Assembly (NCBI GenBank): GCA_045605425.1
Contig: JAZUQA010000012.1
Location: 246-64,245, forward strand
Source: Acutalibacteraceae bacterium
Lineage (GTDB): Bacteria > Bacillota > Clostridia > Oscillospirales > Acutalibacteraceae
Reading direction: 5' to 3'
Length of the DNA: 64,000 nt
Shown here: positions 8,508 through 17,509 of the stretch, one piece after another
Layout: each line of letters begins with the position of its first letter
Position numbering within the stretch: the first letter of the stretch is position 1
Made by a program: the position numbers and the translations under genes
The notes under the pieces: generated by a model
What the model was told of the DNA's origin: nothing
Database searches by the model: none
Seen by the model: the letters and a program-made list of their open reading frames with translations, nothing else

Positions 8508-10142
8508 TTAAATCATTTTAAAATATTTCAACGCATCAACAATTGCGTCTTCTTTTTCTTTCGGGCAGTTGGGGACACGGTGGCCGTCTTTGCCTTTGTT
8601 ATAGCATTCTCTTTCAATGATGCCGTGTTTGGTTTTGACCTGAGCTATATATAACGAAGAAACCTTCAGTCCGAACTTTTTGAACACATATTCCTTGATT
8701 TCATCATAGGTTGCCTTGCTTTCAGCTGCGGTAATATCCATCTCATCAAGGTCTAAATCTATGTCGATATATGCGTCGGCCTTTCGTTGGGACAACTGGA
8801 CAACCGTCTCTGTATGGACGGTTTTGGGGAATAAGTCTACGGGGGTTACGAAGTGTTTGCCGTTTTCTTCGGGCACGGTATAGCCGAGGGTGGCGAAAAC
8901 TGCGCAGTCACGGGCGAGGGTTGCAGGGTCACACGAAACATATACCACACGCTTCGGGCTCATTTTAGCAACCGTTTTGATAATTGCTTCGTCACAGCCC
9001 TTTCTGGGCGGGTCGAGAATTATTACGTCGGGCTTTATGCCTTCTTTTTCCAGCTCTGCCGCTGCAAGCGAAGCGTCGCCGCAGATGAAGCGTGCGTTTT
9101 TAATGCCATTCCTTTCTGCGTTTTTCTTTGCGTCCTCTATTGCGTCGGGTATGATTTCAACGCCGATAAGCTGTTTTACTCTTTTTGCCATAGTCAGTCC
9201 GATTGTGCCCACACCGCAGTACATATCGAGAAGTACGGTGTTTTTATCTAACTCGGCATATTCTGCGGCAAGGGAATAGAGCCTTTCCGCCTGTGCACGG
9301 TTGACCTGATAGAAGGAAAGCGGTGAAATTTCAAATTCGGTTTCGCACAGTGTGTCGGTAATACTGCCTTTTCCGAAAAGGGTCTTGTTTTTTGCACCAA
9401 GAATTACGTTTGTTTTTTCTTTGTTTGTGTTGATTACAAGCCCCGTTGCGCCCTTGGCACAAATCATTTCCCACAGCTTTTCCGAGTGGGGAAGGTTATT
9501 TCCGTTTATTACGAGGCAGACGAGGATTTCCCTGCAGTCTTTTGCCGCACGGATATATATGTGGCGGAGCAGTCCTTTGTGGGAATTTTCGTCATAAACG
9601 CTTATATGATTTTCCTCTGCCCAGTTTCTCACCTGCTCGGCAATAGCCGAAAACGCTTCGGGCTGAAGCAGGCAGCTTTCACAGCCGATTATGTTGTGAC
9701 TGCGGCGTGAAAAGAAGCCTGTCTTGATTTTTCCCTGCTCTTCGCCTACGGGTAGCTGTGCCTTGTTGCGGTAGCCGACTGTTGTTTCGCTGCCGATAAT
9801 ATCTCTTATATTAAGCGGCAGACCTGCAATGCGGTGAAAGGCATCCTCCACACGCTGCTGTTTTATTTTAAGCTCTGCCTCATAGCTGATGTGGCGGTAT
9901 GCACAGCCCCCGCAACGCCTGAATACGGGGCAGTCGGGCTCAACTCTGTCGGGCGAGGGCTTGATTATTTCCATTGCCTTTGCAACGGCATAATTCTTTT
10001 TTACCTTTATTGCGTGTGCAAGAATTGTGTCGCCAACTGCCGTGAGGTCGGCAAAAACAGCCATACCGTCAATATGGCCTACGCCGCTTCCCTCGGCGGT
10101 CATTCCCGTTATTTCAAGCTCAAATTCGTCGTTCTTTTTCAA
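8508..10142 (-). CDS. rlmD: 23S rRNA (uracil-5)-methyltransferase RlmD/RumA family with a ~90 aa C-terminal extension
   Basis: 544 aa. N-terminal TRAM domain, Fe-S cysteine cluster CPVFRRCGGCAYRH, SAM-binding DMYCGVGTIG, catalytic region VYVSCDPATLARD. Extra C-terminal domain after about residue 455. Confidence 0.85.
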   Translation of the reverse strand: MKKNDEFELEITGMTAEGSGVGHIDGMAVFADLTAVGDTILAHAIKVKKNYAVAKAMEIIKPSPDRVEPDCPVFRRCGGCAYRHISYEAELKIKQQRVEDAFHRIAGLPLNIRDIIGSETTVGYRNKAQLPVGEEQGKIKTGFFSRRSHNIIGCESCLLQPEAFSAIAEQVRNWAEENHISVYDENSHKGLLRHIYIRAAKDCREILVCLVINGNNLPHSEKLWEMICAKGATGLVINTNKEKTNVILGAKNKTLFGKGSITDTLCETEFEISPLSFYQVNRAQAERLYSLAAEYAELDKNTVLLDMYCGVGTIGLTMAKRVKQLIGVEIIPDAIEDAKKNAERNGIKNARFICGDASLAAAELEKEGIKPDVIILDPPRKGCDEAIIKTVAKMSPKRVVYVSCDPATLARDCAVFATLGYTVPEENGKHFVTPVDLFPKTVHTETVVQLSQRKADAYIDIDLDLDEMDITAAESKATYDEIKEYVFKKFGLKVSSLYIAQVKTKHGIIERECYNKGKDGHRVPNCPKEKEDAIVDALKYFKMI

Positions 10143-10199
10143 TGTAATTCCCCTTGAATATTTGCAAGTATATATTGTAATATATTAATAGGTGATATT

Positions 10200-10508
10200 A
10201 TGGATAAATCGGTTTTTGAAAAAATATATGATGTGGTTAAACAGATTCCCCGTGGCAAGGTGGCTACCTACGGACAAGTTGCCTTGCTTGCAGGAAACCC
10301 ACGGTGGGCAAGGGTAGTCGGCTACGCCCTGCACGTCAATCCCGACCCTGACACAATTCCCTGCTACCGTGTTGTCAACCGTGAGGGCAGGGTTTCGCCT
10401 GCCTTTGCCTTTGGCGGAGAAAATATGCAGATTTTAATGCTGGAGGGTGACGGAATAAAGGTCACCGACGGAAAGGTGGATTTATCCGTCTGCCAATGGC
10501 TTCCTTGA
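10200..10508 (+). CDS. MGMT-family protein (methylated-DNA-protein-cysteine methyltransferase DNA-binding domain only)
   Basis: 102 aa. IPRGKVATYGQVA and the active-site-like IPCYRVV (canonical PCHRV). Confidence 0.75.
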   Translation: MDKSVFEKIYDVVKQIPRGKVATYGQVALLAGNPRWARVVGYALHVNPDPDTIPCYRVVNREGRVSPAFAFGGENMQILMLEGDGIKVTDGKVDLSVCQWLP

Positions 10509-10958
10509 TTTTAATATCTTTAAAACAACAATATATAAAAGTACGCAAACGGCAATTCCGACTGCCGCACCTGTTGCATCTACTGCAATATCGCTTATCT
10601 GAAACGCTCTGCCGGGAACAAAAATCTGGTGAATTTCATCGCTGATTGCGTAAAGCACCGCCACGGCAAAGCAGATGAAAGGCTTTGATTTGCCCGTGGT
10701 CTGTAAAAAAGCGTGGAAAAGCAGGGCGCCGAGTCCGCAGTATTCAAGTCCGTGCGCAAGCGTGCGGAAGGCCTCGTGCCCCAGAAAATCGGTAAGCCAC
10801 GCAAAAACGGCAAATATGCCGTTCATAACTGCCATACTCAATTCGGCACTTTCTTCTCGGGGCTGATGTGAAAGGTAAAAAATCACACCCATGCAGGCGG
10901 CAACTGCTGCCCAACCGATAAGGATGCCGAATTTTCTTTTTGTGCTGTAGTTTTTCAT
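10482..10958 (-). CDS. VanZ family membrane protein
   Basis: 158 aa, 4 TM segments, DEIHQIFVPGRAFQISDIAVDATGAAVG motif typical of VanZ-like proteins. Confidence 0.7.
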   Translation of the reverse strand: MKNYSTKRKFGILIGWAAVAACMGVIFYLSHQPREESAELSMAVMNGIFAVFAWLTDFLGHEAFRTLAHGLEYCGLGALLFHAFLQTTGKSKPFICFAVAVLYAISDEIHQIFVPGRAFQISDIAVDATGAAVGIAVCVLLYIVVLKILKSRKPLADG

Positions 10959-12592
10959 TAGTCTTTCAATATCTCCGTTTGGTCAAGTCTGATTATACTT
11001 CCCGAATGTGTGTAGTAAATGCCTACGGCGTTTTCGTTTGTTGCGGTATAGCCCGAGCGGTAGTAAATCGGACAGAAAACCGCATTCTGTACAAGATATT
11101 CCTGTGCCTTCATACAGCCGTCTGCAATGCTTTGCAGACCTGTGGCGGTGTTGAGCTGTGAAACAAGCGTGTTGAAGTTTTTGGAATTGTAGCGGCAGAT
11201 GTTGTTGCCGTCACGGAAGGTGGAAAGAAACTGAACGGCGGTCTGTGCCGTTGTGGTGATTTCGGTGAGCGCACATTGGTAGCTGCCGCTGCTTATACGC
11301 TTGTCGAGCTCCGCTTTTTCAAGCACCTCAACCTTTGCGTAAAACGTTATACCGAAAAGCTGCTGCCATTTCTGGATTATGCGGCGCACGGCTGTTTCGT
11401 ATTCGGGTGTACACAGCACGGTGAATTCGCAGGATTTGAGGTTGCATTCCTTGTAGTACTTTTTAGCGGCGCTTTCGTCGTAGCTCAGCGTGCCGAGCGC
11501 AGGCATAAAGCTCGAATAGGTTTTTCCCTCAACCGTGCAGGACGGCGGCACTATGCTCAGCGCACGGTTTTCCTCCGCTTCGCCCGAAGCCTCACGGATT
11601 ATGTCGAAATCAAGAGCTTTGATAAGTGCAAGGCGCAGACGGTTGCTCTTTGTAAGTGAATCCGAGCAGTTGAATGCAAGACCCCACACGCCGTTTTTGT
11701 ATTCGTTTATGCTGTAGCCCTCTTTTTTGACGGCATCTATGCTCGAATAAAGTATCGGGGCGGAGGCATAGGTATCGTCGGACAGGTTTTCGAGGATGAT
11801 TGCTTCGTCCGTAGTGTACGCAAAGGTGACGGAATAAACCTTTGCCTGCGCCTGCGGATTGTCAACGTTACGGCGCAGTATCATATTGCTGCCCTTATAC
11901 CAGCGTGAAAGGTAGAAGCTGCCGTTGCACAGCACATACTGTGCGTCAAGTCCGTGTCTGCCGCCCGTGGCTTCAAAAAACGCCTGCTTGCAGGGCATTG
12001 AAATCGGCTCGGTGAGCATTGAAAGAAATTCGCCGCTTGCGTATTCAAGCTGTATTTGTACGGTGTATTCGCCCGTTGCGGTAACGCCGAGCGCACTCAC
12101 GGGCAATTCACCCTTGTGCACCTTTTCGGCATTCTTTATCATATAAAGGCGCTTTGCGTCGGGAGCCTTGGTTTCGGGGTCGAGAGCCCTCTGCAGTCCG
12201 AAAACAAAGTCTGCCGCAGTTACACGCAGGTCAATTGCCGTTTCCCAGTCCTCGCCGAAAATCTCCTCGTGGTTGGAGTTGATGTGCCACTTTTTGTCCT
12301 CGTGAAGTGAAAAAGAATAGGTAAGCCCGTCGGGAGAAACTGAAACGCTTTTTGCCGCCGCAGGCTGAATTTCGCCCGTTGCGGTCAGCTTCATAAGCCC
12401 CTCAAAGCAGTTGAGCACAACAGTCCTGCTCTCACGGGTAACGGCTATCTGCGGGTCAAGCGTGTCGGGCTCGGCACTTAAAGGCAGTCGCAGCTCAGCA
12501 TCCTTGACCGTTTTTGAACAGCCCGAAAAACAGCCGCAGACCGTAATCAGCGAAAGGATAAGTATAGCTATTTTTAAAGAATACTTTTTCAT
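10958..12592 (-). CDS. Peptide/oligopeptide ABC transporter substrate-binding lipoprotein (family 5 SBP)
   Basis: ORF 10958..12613. The likely start is MKKYSLKIAILILSLITVCGC (ATG comp 12590..12592), which has a lipobox. The length and LRLPLSAEPDTLDPQ motif are typical of family 5 SBPs. Confidence 0.7.
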   Translation of the reverse strand: MKKYSLKIAILILSLITVCGCFSGCSKTVKDAELRLPLSAEPDTLDPQIAVTRESRTVVLNCFEGLMKLTATGEIQPAAAKSVSVSPDGLTYSFSLHEDKKWHINSNHEEIFGEDWETAIDLRVTAADFVFGLQRALDPETKAPDAKRLYMIKNAEKVHKGELPVSALGVTATGEYTVQIQLEYASGEFLSMLTEPISMPCKQAFFEATGGRHGLDAQYVLCNGSFYLSRWYKGSNMILRRNVDNPQAQAKVYSVTFAYTTDEAIILENLSDDTYASAPILYSSIDAVKKEGYSINEYKNGVWGLAFNCSDSLTKSNRLRLALIKALDFDIIREASGEAEENRALSIVPPSCTVEGKTYSSFMPALGTLSYDESAAKKYYKECNLKSCEFTVLCTPEYETAVRRIIQKWQQLFGITFYAKVEVLEKAELDKRISSGSYQCALTEITTTAQTAVQFLSTFRDGNNICRYNSKNFNTLVSQLNTATGLQSIADGCMKAQEYLVQNAVFCPIYYRSGYTATNENAVGIYYTHSGSIIRLDQTEILKD

Positions 12593-12750
12593 ATATATGC
12601 ATCGACCTAACATAAATCTTTATTAAGCTATTTTATTATATAACATCATAGTGAATATGGCAAATGTTTTTTATTTGAACCGAAAGCACACAAATAAACA
12701 AAACCTTTTCATAATTGTGAAAAAATTTGTGCAATATCCAAAAAAATATA

Positions 12751-12779
12751 TTGAAATGCGAAAAATTATATGTTATAAT
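12751..12779 (+). promoter_or_regulatory. Putative sigma-70 promoter upstream of the EF-G paralog
   Basis: TTGAAA (12751..12756), 17-nt spacer, TATAAT (12774..12779). Confidence 0.5.
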
Positions 12780-12883
12780 CCACTATGTTATCGCTTTTAG
12801 TGCCATATAAGGCAAAAGCAATAGAACATAAATTTTCATAGCGGCGGCGGTTTTGGTGCCGCGCCGTCAAGGAGGAAACCACA

Positions 12884-14938
12884 GTGAAAGCCTATAACGC
12901 AAAAGACATCCGCAATATCGCCCTCGCCGGTCACGGCGGCAGAGGTAAAACTTCTCTTGCAGAAGCAATGCTCTACCTTGCCAAGGCAACAGACCGCCTC
13001 GGCAGAGTTGCGGACGGAAATACAGTTCTCGACTACGATGCTGAAGAAAAGCGCAGAGGCGCTTCTGTTTCAACAGCGGTTGCCCCCATCGAGTGGAAGG
13101 ACACAAAGGTTAATATAATCGACACTCCCGGTATGTTCGACTTCGCAGGCGGCGTTGCCGAGGGTATCAGAGCTGCTGAATGTGCACTTGTTGTTGTCGG
13201 CGGCAGCATGGAAAAGTTTGATGTCGGCGCAGAAAAGGCAATCAAGGCTGCTGACAAGCGTGGCATTGCAAAGATGTTCGCTGTCACAAGGCTTGATTCC
13301 GAGCAGAACGACTTCTACAGAACATTTAACACAATTGTTGCTCAGGTCGGTGCTTCCGCCTGCCCGATTGTTGTTCCCCAGATTGAGGACGGCAAGGTTA
13401 TCAGCTACGTAAACCTTGTTACAAACAAGGCTTATTCCTACACCTACGGCAACGCAACAGAAATTGCAATGCCCGACGATGACAGAGTCAACGCTATGAG
13501 AGATATTTTCAACGAGGCTGTTGCTTCCGCTGACGATGCTCTTATGGAAAAATTCTTCGAGGGTGAGCCCTTCACACAGGAAGAAATCGTAAACGGCCTC
13601 AAGACAGGTGTTGCAGAGGGGCTTGTTATCCCCGTATTCGCTTGTGCAGGCTATACAATGGACGCTGTTGATATGCTTATCGACGGTATTGTCAACTTTG
13701 CTCCCAACGCTGCCGATTACGCAGGCGAGGCAGACCTCAAGTGTGACGAAAACGGCGCTCTTGCAGCGGTTTGCTTCAAGACGGTTGCTGACCCGTTTGT
13801 CGGTAAGATGTCCTATTTCAAGGTTGTTTCCGGTAAGCTGACATCCGATGCTCAGGCCGTTAACTCCCGTACAGGTGAGCCCGAGCGTATGGGCAAGCTC
13901 GTCACAGTCCGTGGCGGTAAGCAGGAAGATGCAGCCGTTATCCCTGCAGGCGATATCGGTGCTGTTACAAAGCTCTCCAACACAGTTACGGGCGATACAC
14001 TCTACGCTCCCAAGAGCGAGGTTATTCTTGACCCCGTTTCCTTCCCTGCACCCTGTATGTCAATGGCAGTAAATGTCAAGAAGAAGGGTGAGGAAGAAAA
14101 GGTTGCCGCAGGCCTTCTCAGACTTGCTGAGGAAGACCCGACAATCAAGTACTACACAAACAAAGAAACACGTGAGCAGATTGTCAGCGGTCTTGGCGAG
14201 CAGCACATCGACGTTGTCAAGTCCAAGCTCAAGGCAAAGTTCGGCGTTGAGGTTGACCTCACTGTTCCCCGTGTTGCATACCGTGAAACCATCCGCAAGG
14301 TTGTTGACAAGCAGGGTCGCCATAAGAAGCAGTCCGGCGGTCACGGTCAGTTCGGTGATGTTTGGATTCGTTTCGAGCCCTATATGGGTGAGGAAGACTT
14401 CGTTTTCACCTCTGACGAGGTTGTCGGCGGCGCAGTTCCCAAGAACTTCTTCCCCGCAGTTGAAAAGGGTCTTCGTGAGTGCATTGCAAAGGGTCTTATC
14501 GCAGGCTACCCGATGGTCGGCGTAAAGGCTGCCCTTCACGACGGTTCATATCACCCCGTTGACTCCTCTGAAATGGCCTTCAAGACAGCTGCTGCTCTTG
14601 CATTCAAGGCTGCTGTTCCCGAGGCACAGCCCACAATTCTTGAGCCCGTAGGTCTTCTCAAGGTCTATATGCCCGAATCCAAGTTCGGCGACATCATGGG
14701 CGATATTACAAAGCGCCGTGGCCGTGTTATCGGTATGGGTCCGTCCGACGAGCCCTCACTCCAGGAATTTGTCGCTGAAGTTCCCATGGCAGAAATGGGT
14801 GACTTCGCAACAGTTCTTCGCTCCGTAACACAGGGCAGAGGTCACTTCTCCTTCGAGTTCGTCCGCTACGAGGATGCTCCCATGAACGTTCAGCAGAAGG
14901 TTATTGAAGAGGCAAAGGCACGCATGGAAGACGAATAA
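12884..14938 (+). CDS. Elongation factor G family GTPase (EF-G paralog)
   Basis: 684 aa, GTG start after AAGGAGGA. G1 GHGGRGKTS, DTPGMFDF, EF-G domains II-V recognisable (HKKQSGGHGQFGDV, GYPMVGVKAALHDGSYHPVDSSEMAF). Confidence 0.85.
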   Translation: MKAYNAKDIRNIALAGHGGRGKTSLAEAMLYLAKATDRLGRVADGNTVLDYDAEEKRRGASVSTAVAPIEWKDTKVNIIDTPGMFDFAGGVAEGIRAAECALVVVGGSMEKFDVGAEKAIKAADKRGIAKMFAVTRLDSEQNDFYRTFNTIVAQVGASACPIVVPQIEDGKVISYVNLVTNKAYSYTYGNATEIAMPDDDRVNAMRDIFNEAVASADDALMEKFFEGEPFTQEEIVNGLKTGVAEGLVIPVFACAGYTMDAVDMLIDGIVNFAPNAADYAGEADLKCDENGALAAVCFKTVADPFVGKMSYFKVVSGKLTSDAQAVNSRTGEPERMGKLVTVRGGKQEDAAVIPAGDIGAVTKLSNTVTGDTLYAPKSEVILDPVSFPAPCMSMAVNVKKKGEEEKVAAGLLRLAEEDPTIKYYTNKETREQIVSGLGEQHIDVVKSKLKAKFGVEVDLTVPRVAYRETIRKVVDKQGRHKKQSGGHGQFGDVWIRFEPYMGEEDFVFTSDEVVGGAVPKNFFPAVEKGLRECIAKGLIAGYPMVGVKAALHDGSYHPVDSSEMAFKTAAALAFKAAVPEAQPTILEPVGLLKVYMPESKFGDIMGDITKRRGRVIGMGPSDEPSLQEFVAEVPMAEMGDFATVLRSVTQGRGHFSFEFVRYEDAPMNVQQKVIEEAKARMEDE

Positions 14939-15252
14939 ACCCAAAGTTGCGCAAATTGAGCGAACAAGTCATTTTTCCCTCCTCGGCGTATCTCATACGC
15001 CTGTCGTCGGGAGAAAATGCCTTCTTCATCACAATTTGTCAACTTGCGTGATTGCGCATATTAATATTAAGAGAAGAACAAAAGAAACTTAAAAACATCA
15101 GGCTTATGGGTTAGTACTCATAAGCCTGTTTTCATATCTGAATTATGTCATTCCTGTGATGAAAAAGATAAAATTTATAAAAGTATAAAAATATGTTTGA
15201 AATAATTCTGATTTCGTGCTATTATAACAGCATATCAGTATAAAGGGAGGTT

Positions 15253-16704
15253 TTGTTTTTGGACGATTTTAAGGAAAACAACGGCCTTGAGCCAGTTCCC
15301 GAAGAAGAAACCGTTTCCGGCGGCGATGTGCCTGCCGAGGAAACAGCCGAAAACAACATTCAGCCTGAGGAAATTCAGGAAACAGAAGTTAATGAGGAGG
15401 ACGGCATCCTCATCACACCGCAGGATGATTCGGGCGAAGAGGCTGCAGATGAAGAGGAAATGTGTATCCTCTGCGGCGAGAAGCCTGCAGACAAATCCTT
15501 CGGCGAAAATTACGACCTTTGCGCAGACTGCCGCAAGAGCCTTATCAAGAGCCCGATGCGTTTCAGCGGCTTCCTTGCAATTCTTGTGCTGTTTTGTGCA
15601 GGTGTATGGGGTCTGCTTTTTGCCGCAAACCAGGCAAACACTCTTATGGGCGTGCTTGAGGGCGATGAATTTGCCGCTCAGAACCGTCTTTACACCGCAA
15701 TTTCATCTTATTCCTCTTCCGGTAACATCGGCTGGAAAACCGCAAAGAATATGATTAACGCTTATAATAAGTCCGGTTATCTGAGCGGTATCAACAGCAC
15801 GGTTTCAACCTATTTCTACGATGCAACCTCTCTTGAAGAGGGTGACACCCTTACCTTTGCCGAAAAGGCAGGCAAGGCTGACCTCAACGCACCGTGGAAC
15901 AAGGATGTAAAGAAGATTTACACGGATTATAACGATGCAATGGCGGCTTACCAGAAATACTACGCATTTATTGCGGAGTATGACGAGCAGCTTTACTACG
16001 GCAGCATCAAGGCGGAGGACATCCCCTACGATGAGGTCAACGCAAAGTACGAGGTCGCAATGAACGACGCCGAAGCGGACATTGACCGTGCTTTTGTAAG
16101 ATACTGCCAGTACTACCTTGCATATATGTGCAATAAGGAGCTTTCCGTTCAGCACGGCTACCTTGCCGAGGTTGCTGAAATTGCTCCCGAACGCGGCTGG
16201 CTTTACCTTACTCCTCTTACCGAGATGAATGTAATGCTCGGCAACTACGAGGAAGCACTTGAGGGCTGTGACGCACTTGAGGCTGCAAACGCAGACGACC
16301 TCTACGGCGAATACTACCGTGCACAGGCGTTCAGAAGACAGGGCGATTATACCGAAGCACTGAAAAAGTGTGAGGCTATGATAGCCGATTATGCTAACAA
16401 CCAGTTCTATTATGCTTATTATGAGGCGGCAATCACAGCCTTCCTTATGGGCGATTACGACAAGGCTCTTGAATATTCGGAAGCCTGCTACGGCGGCGGT
16501 ACAAGCGGCGTTTACCTCAACGAGCAGACGGTCAACTTCCACGCACTTGTTTGCAAGAAGCTCGGCGATGAAGAGGGCTACAAGGCCGTAGTCGAATTCC
16601 TCAAGGGGTACGAAATGGAAATCAGCCCCACTGTAGAGCAATACCTTAACGGCGAGGTTACAGCCGAAGAAATCTTCAACGAAAGGGAGGCGGCATTTGA
16701 ATGA
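15253..16704 (+). CDS. Hypothetical membrane protein: acidic N-terminus, CxxC..CxxC zinc-ribbon, one TM helix, TPR-like C-terminal region
   Basis: 483 aa ORF (the TTG at 15253 or 15259 follows GGGAGG). CILCGEKPADKSFGENYDLCADCRK. Helical-repeat-like C-terminal half. Confidence 0.6.
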   Translation: MFLDDFKENNGLEPVPEEETVSGGDVPAEETAENNIQPEEIQETEVNEEDGILITPQDDSGEEAADEEEMCILCGEKPADKSFGENYDLCADCRKSLIKSPMRFSGFLAILVLFCAGVWGLLFAANQANTLMGVLEGDEFAAQNRLYTAISSYSSSGNIGWKTAKNMINAYNKSGYLSGINSTVSTYFYDATSLEEGDTLTFAEKAGKADLNAPWNKDVKKIYTDYNDAMAAYQKYYAFIAEYDEQLYYGSIKAEDIPYDEVNAKYEVAMNDAEADIDRAFVRYCQYYLAYMCNKELSVQHGYLAEVAEIAPERGWLYLTPLTEMNVMLGNYEEALEGCDALEAANADDLYGEYYRAQAFRRQGDYTEALKKCEAMIADYANNQFYYAYYEAAITAFLMGDYDKALEYSEACYGGGTSGVYLNEQTVNFHALVCKKLGDEEGYKAVVEFLKGYEMEISPTVEQYLNGEVTAEEIFNEREAAFE

Positions 16705-17279
16705 CAGTCTGGTACGTAATCACAAAGATTTTTACATTCCCCGGCGCACTCACAAAGGCTTTTTATGAGCAGCTTATGTGCAAGATTTTCAAGTGCCCCG
16801 TTGAGGATAACCGTTACCTGCGCACGGACGAAATGTGCGGCCACGTTGAGCACGAGTTTATCGAAAGACCGGTTGCCAGCTTTATGTATTGCTTTATTCC
16901 CGGTCTGCTCAACTTCTTCTTCGGTCTTTTCCTTGGCTTCTTCCCGTTTATAAACGTTGTTTATCTCGGCAATTACAGCGGCTTTGTCGCTTCTTCTCAG
17001 ATTCTTTCCTCCGCAATTACGGATGCAAATGCTGTTGCGCTTGTTGATATGCTCCTGCCCATTATCTTTATGTGGCTGAGCGTTTCAATGTTCAACAACC
17101 TCTTCCCCTTGCTTGAGGATGCTGTCGTTATGAAGGAGCAGTATTCAAAGCTTAACGGCTTTGCAAAGGGAATTTTCTTCCCCGGCTATATCGTAATGAA
17201 GGTCGGCGCAAGACTTGAAAAATACGGCATCAGCTTTATTATTCTTGCCGTGCTCTCCTTTGTATTTGCTATACTTTAA
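16701..17279 (+). CDS. Hypothetical integral membrane protein
   Basis: 192 aa, 4-nt overlap with the upstream gene, several hydrophobic helices. Followed by the terminator aaaaagctcacagc/gctgtgagcttttt (17296..17328). Confidence 0.6.
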   Translation: MTVWYVITKIFTFPGALTKAFYEQLMCKIFKCPVEDNRYLRTDEMCGHVEHEFIERPVASFMYCFIPGLLNFFFGLFLGFFPFINVVYLGNYSGFVASSQILSSAITDANAVALVDMLLPIIFMWLSVSMFNNLFPLLEDAVVMKEQYSKLNGFAKGIFFPGYIVMKVGARLEKYGISFIILAVLSFVFAIL

Positions 17280-17340
17280 AACTTAAAGCGCATTAAAAAG
17301 CTCACAGCGTAAAAGCTGTGAGCTTTTTGTGTGTAAGGAT

Positions 17341-17505
17341 GCTGATAAACTGTAATTAAAATAATAAATAAGAAATAATAAAGAATAAAGAAGGGTGGGC
17401 TTCGCCCACACCCATTTATATTCGGGTGCGGGTGTCCCGCCCTAATTTATTATTTTTTCTTTCTTCTTTATTCTTTTAGCAACAATTTATTGTTGCGCTA
17501 AACTG
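17341..17505 (+). repeat. Intergenic palindromic element, copy A (heptamer-repeat arms plus conserved GC-rich core 17393..17452)
   Basis: The core gggtgggcttcgcccacacccatttatattcgggtgcgggtgtcccgccc is shared with copies at 31539..31584 and 51947..51996. A-rich heptamer arm on the left and T-rich arm on the right. 3' hairpin gcaacaatttattgttgc. Confidence 0.7.
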
Positions 17506-17509
17506 TTAT

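Noticed and set aside
15805-16641. 278 aa antisense ORF and similar long antisense ORFs (e.g. 21661..22221, 30044..30793, 44022..44762, 47687..48424, 32380..33021)
   Set aside because: They lie opposite well-supported genes in GC-rich sequence, have Cys/Val/Arg-rich translations with no motifs, and have no RBS. These are typical shadow frames.
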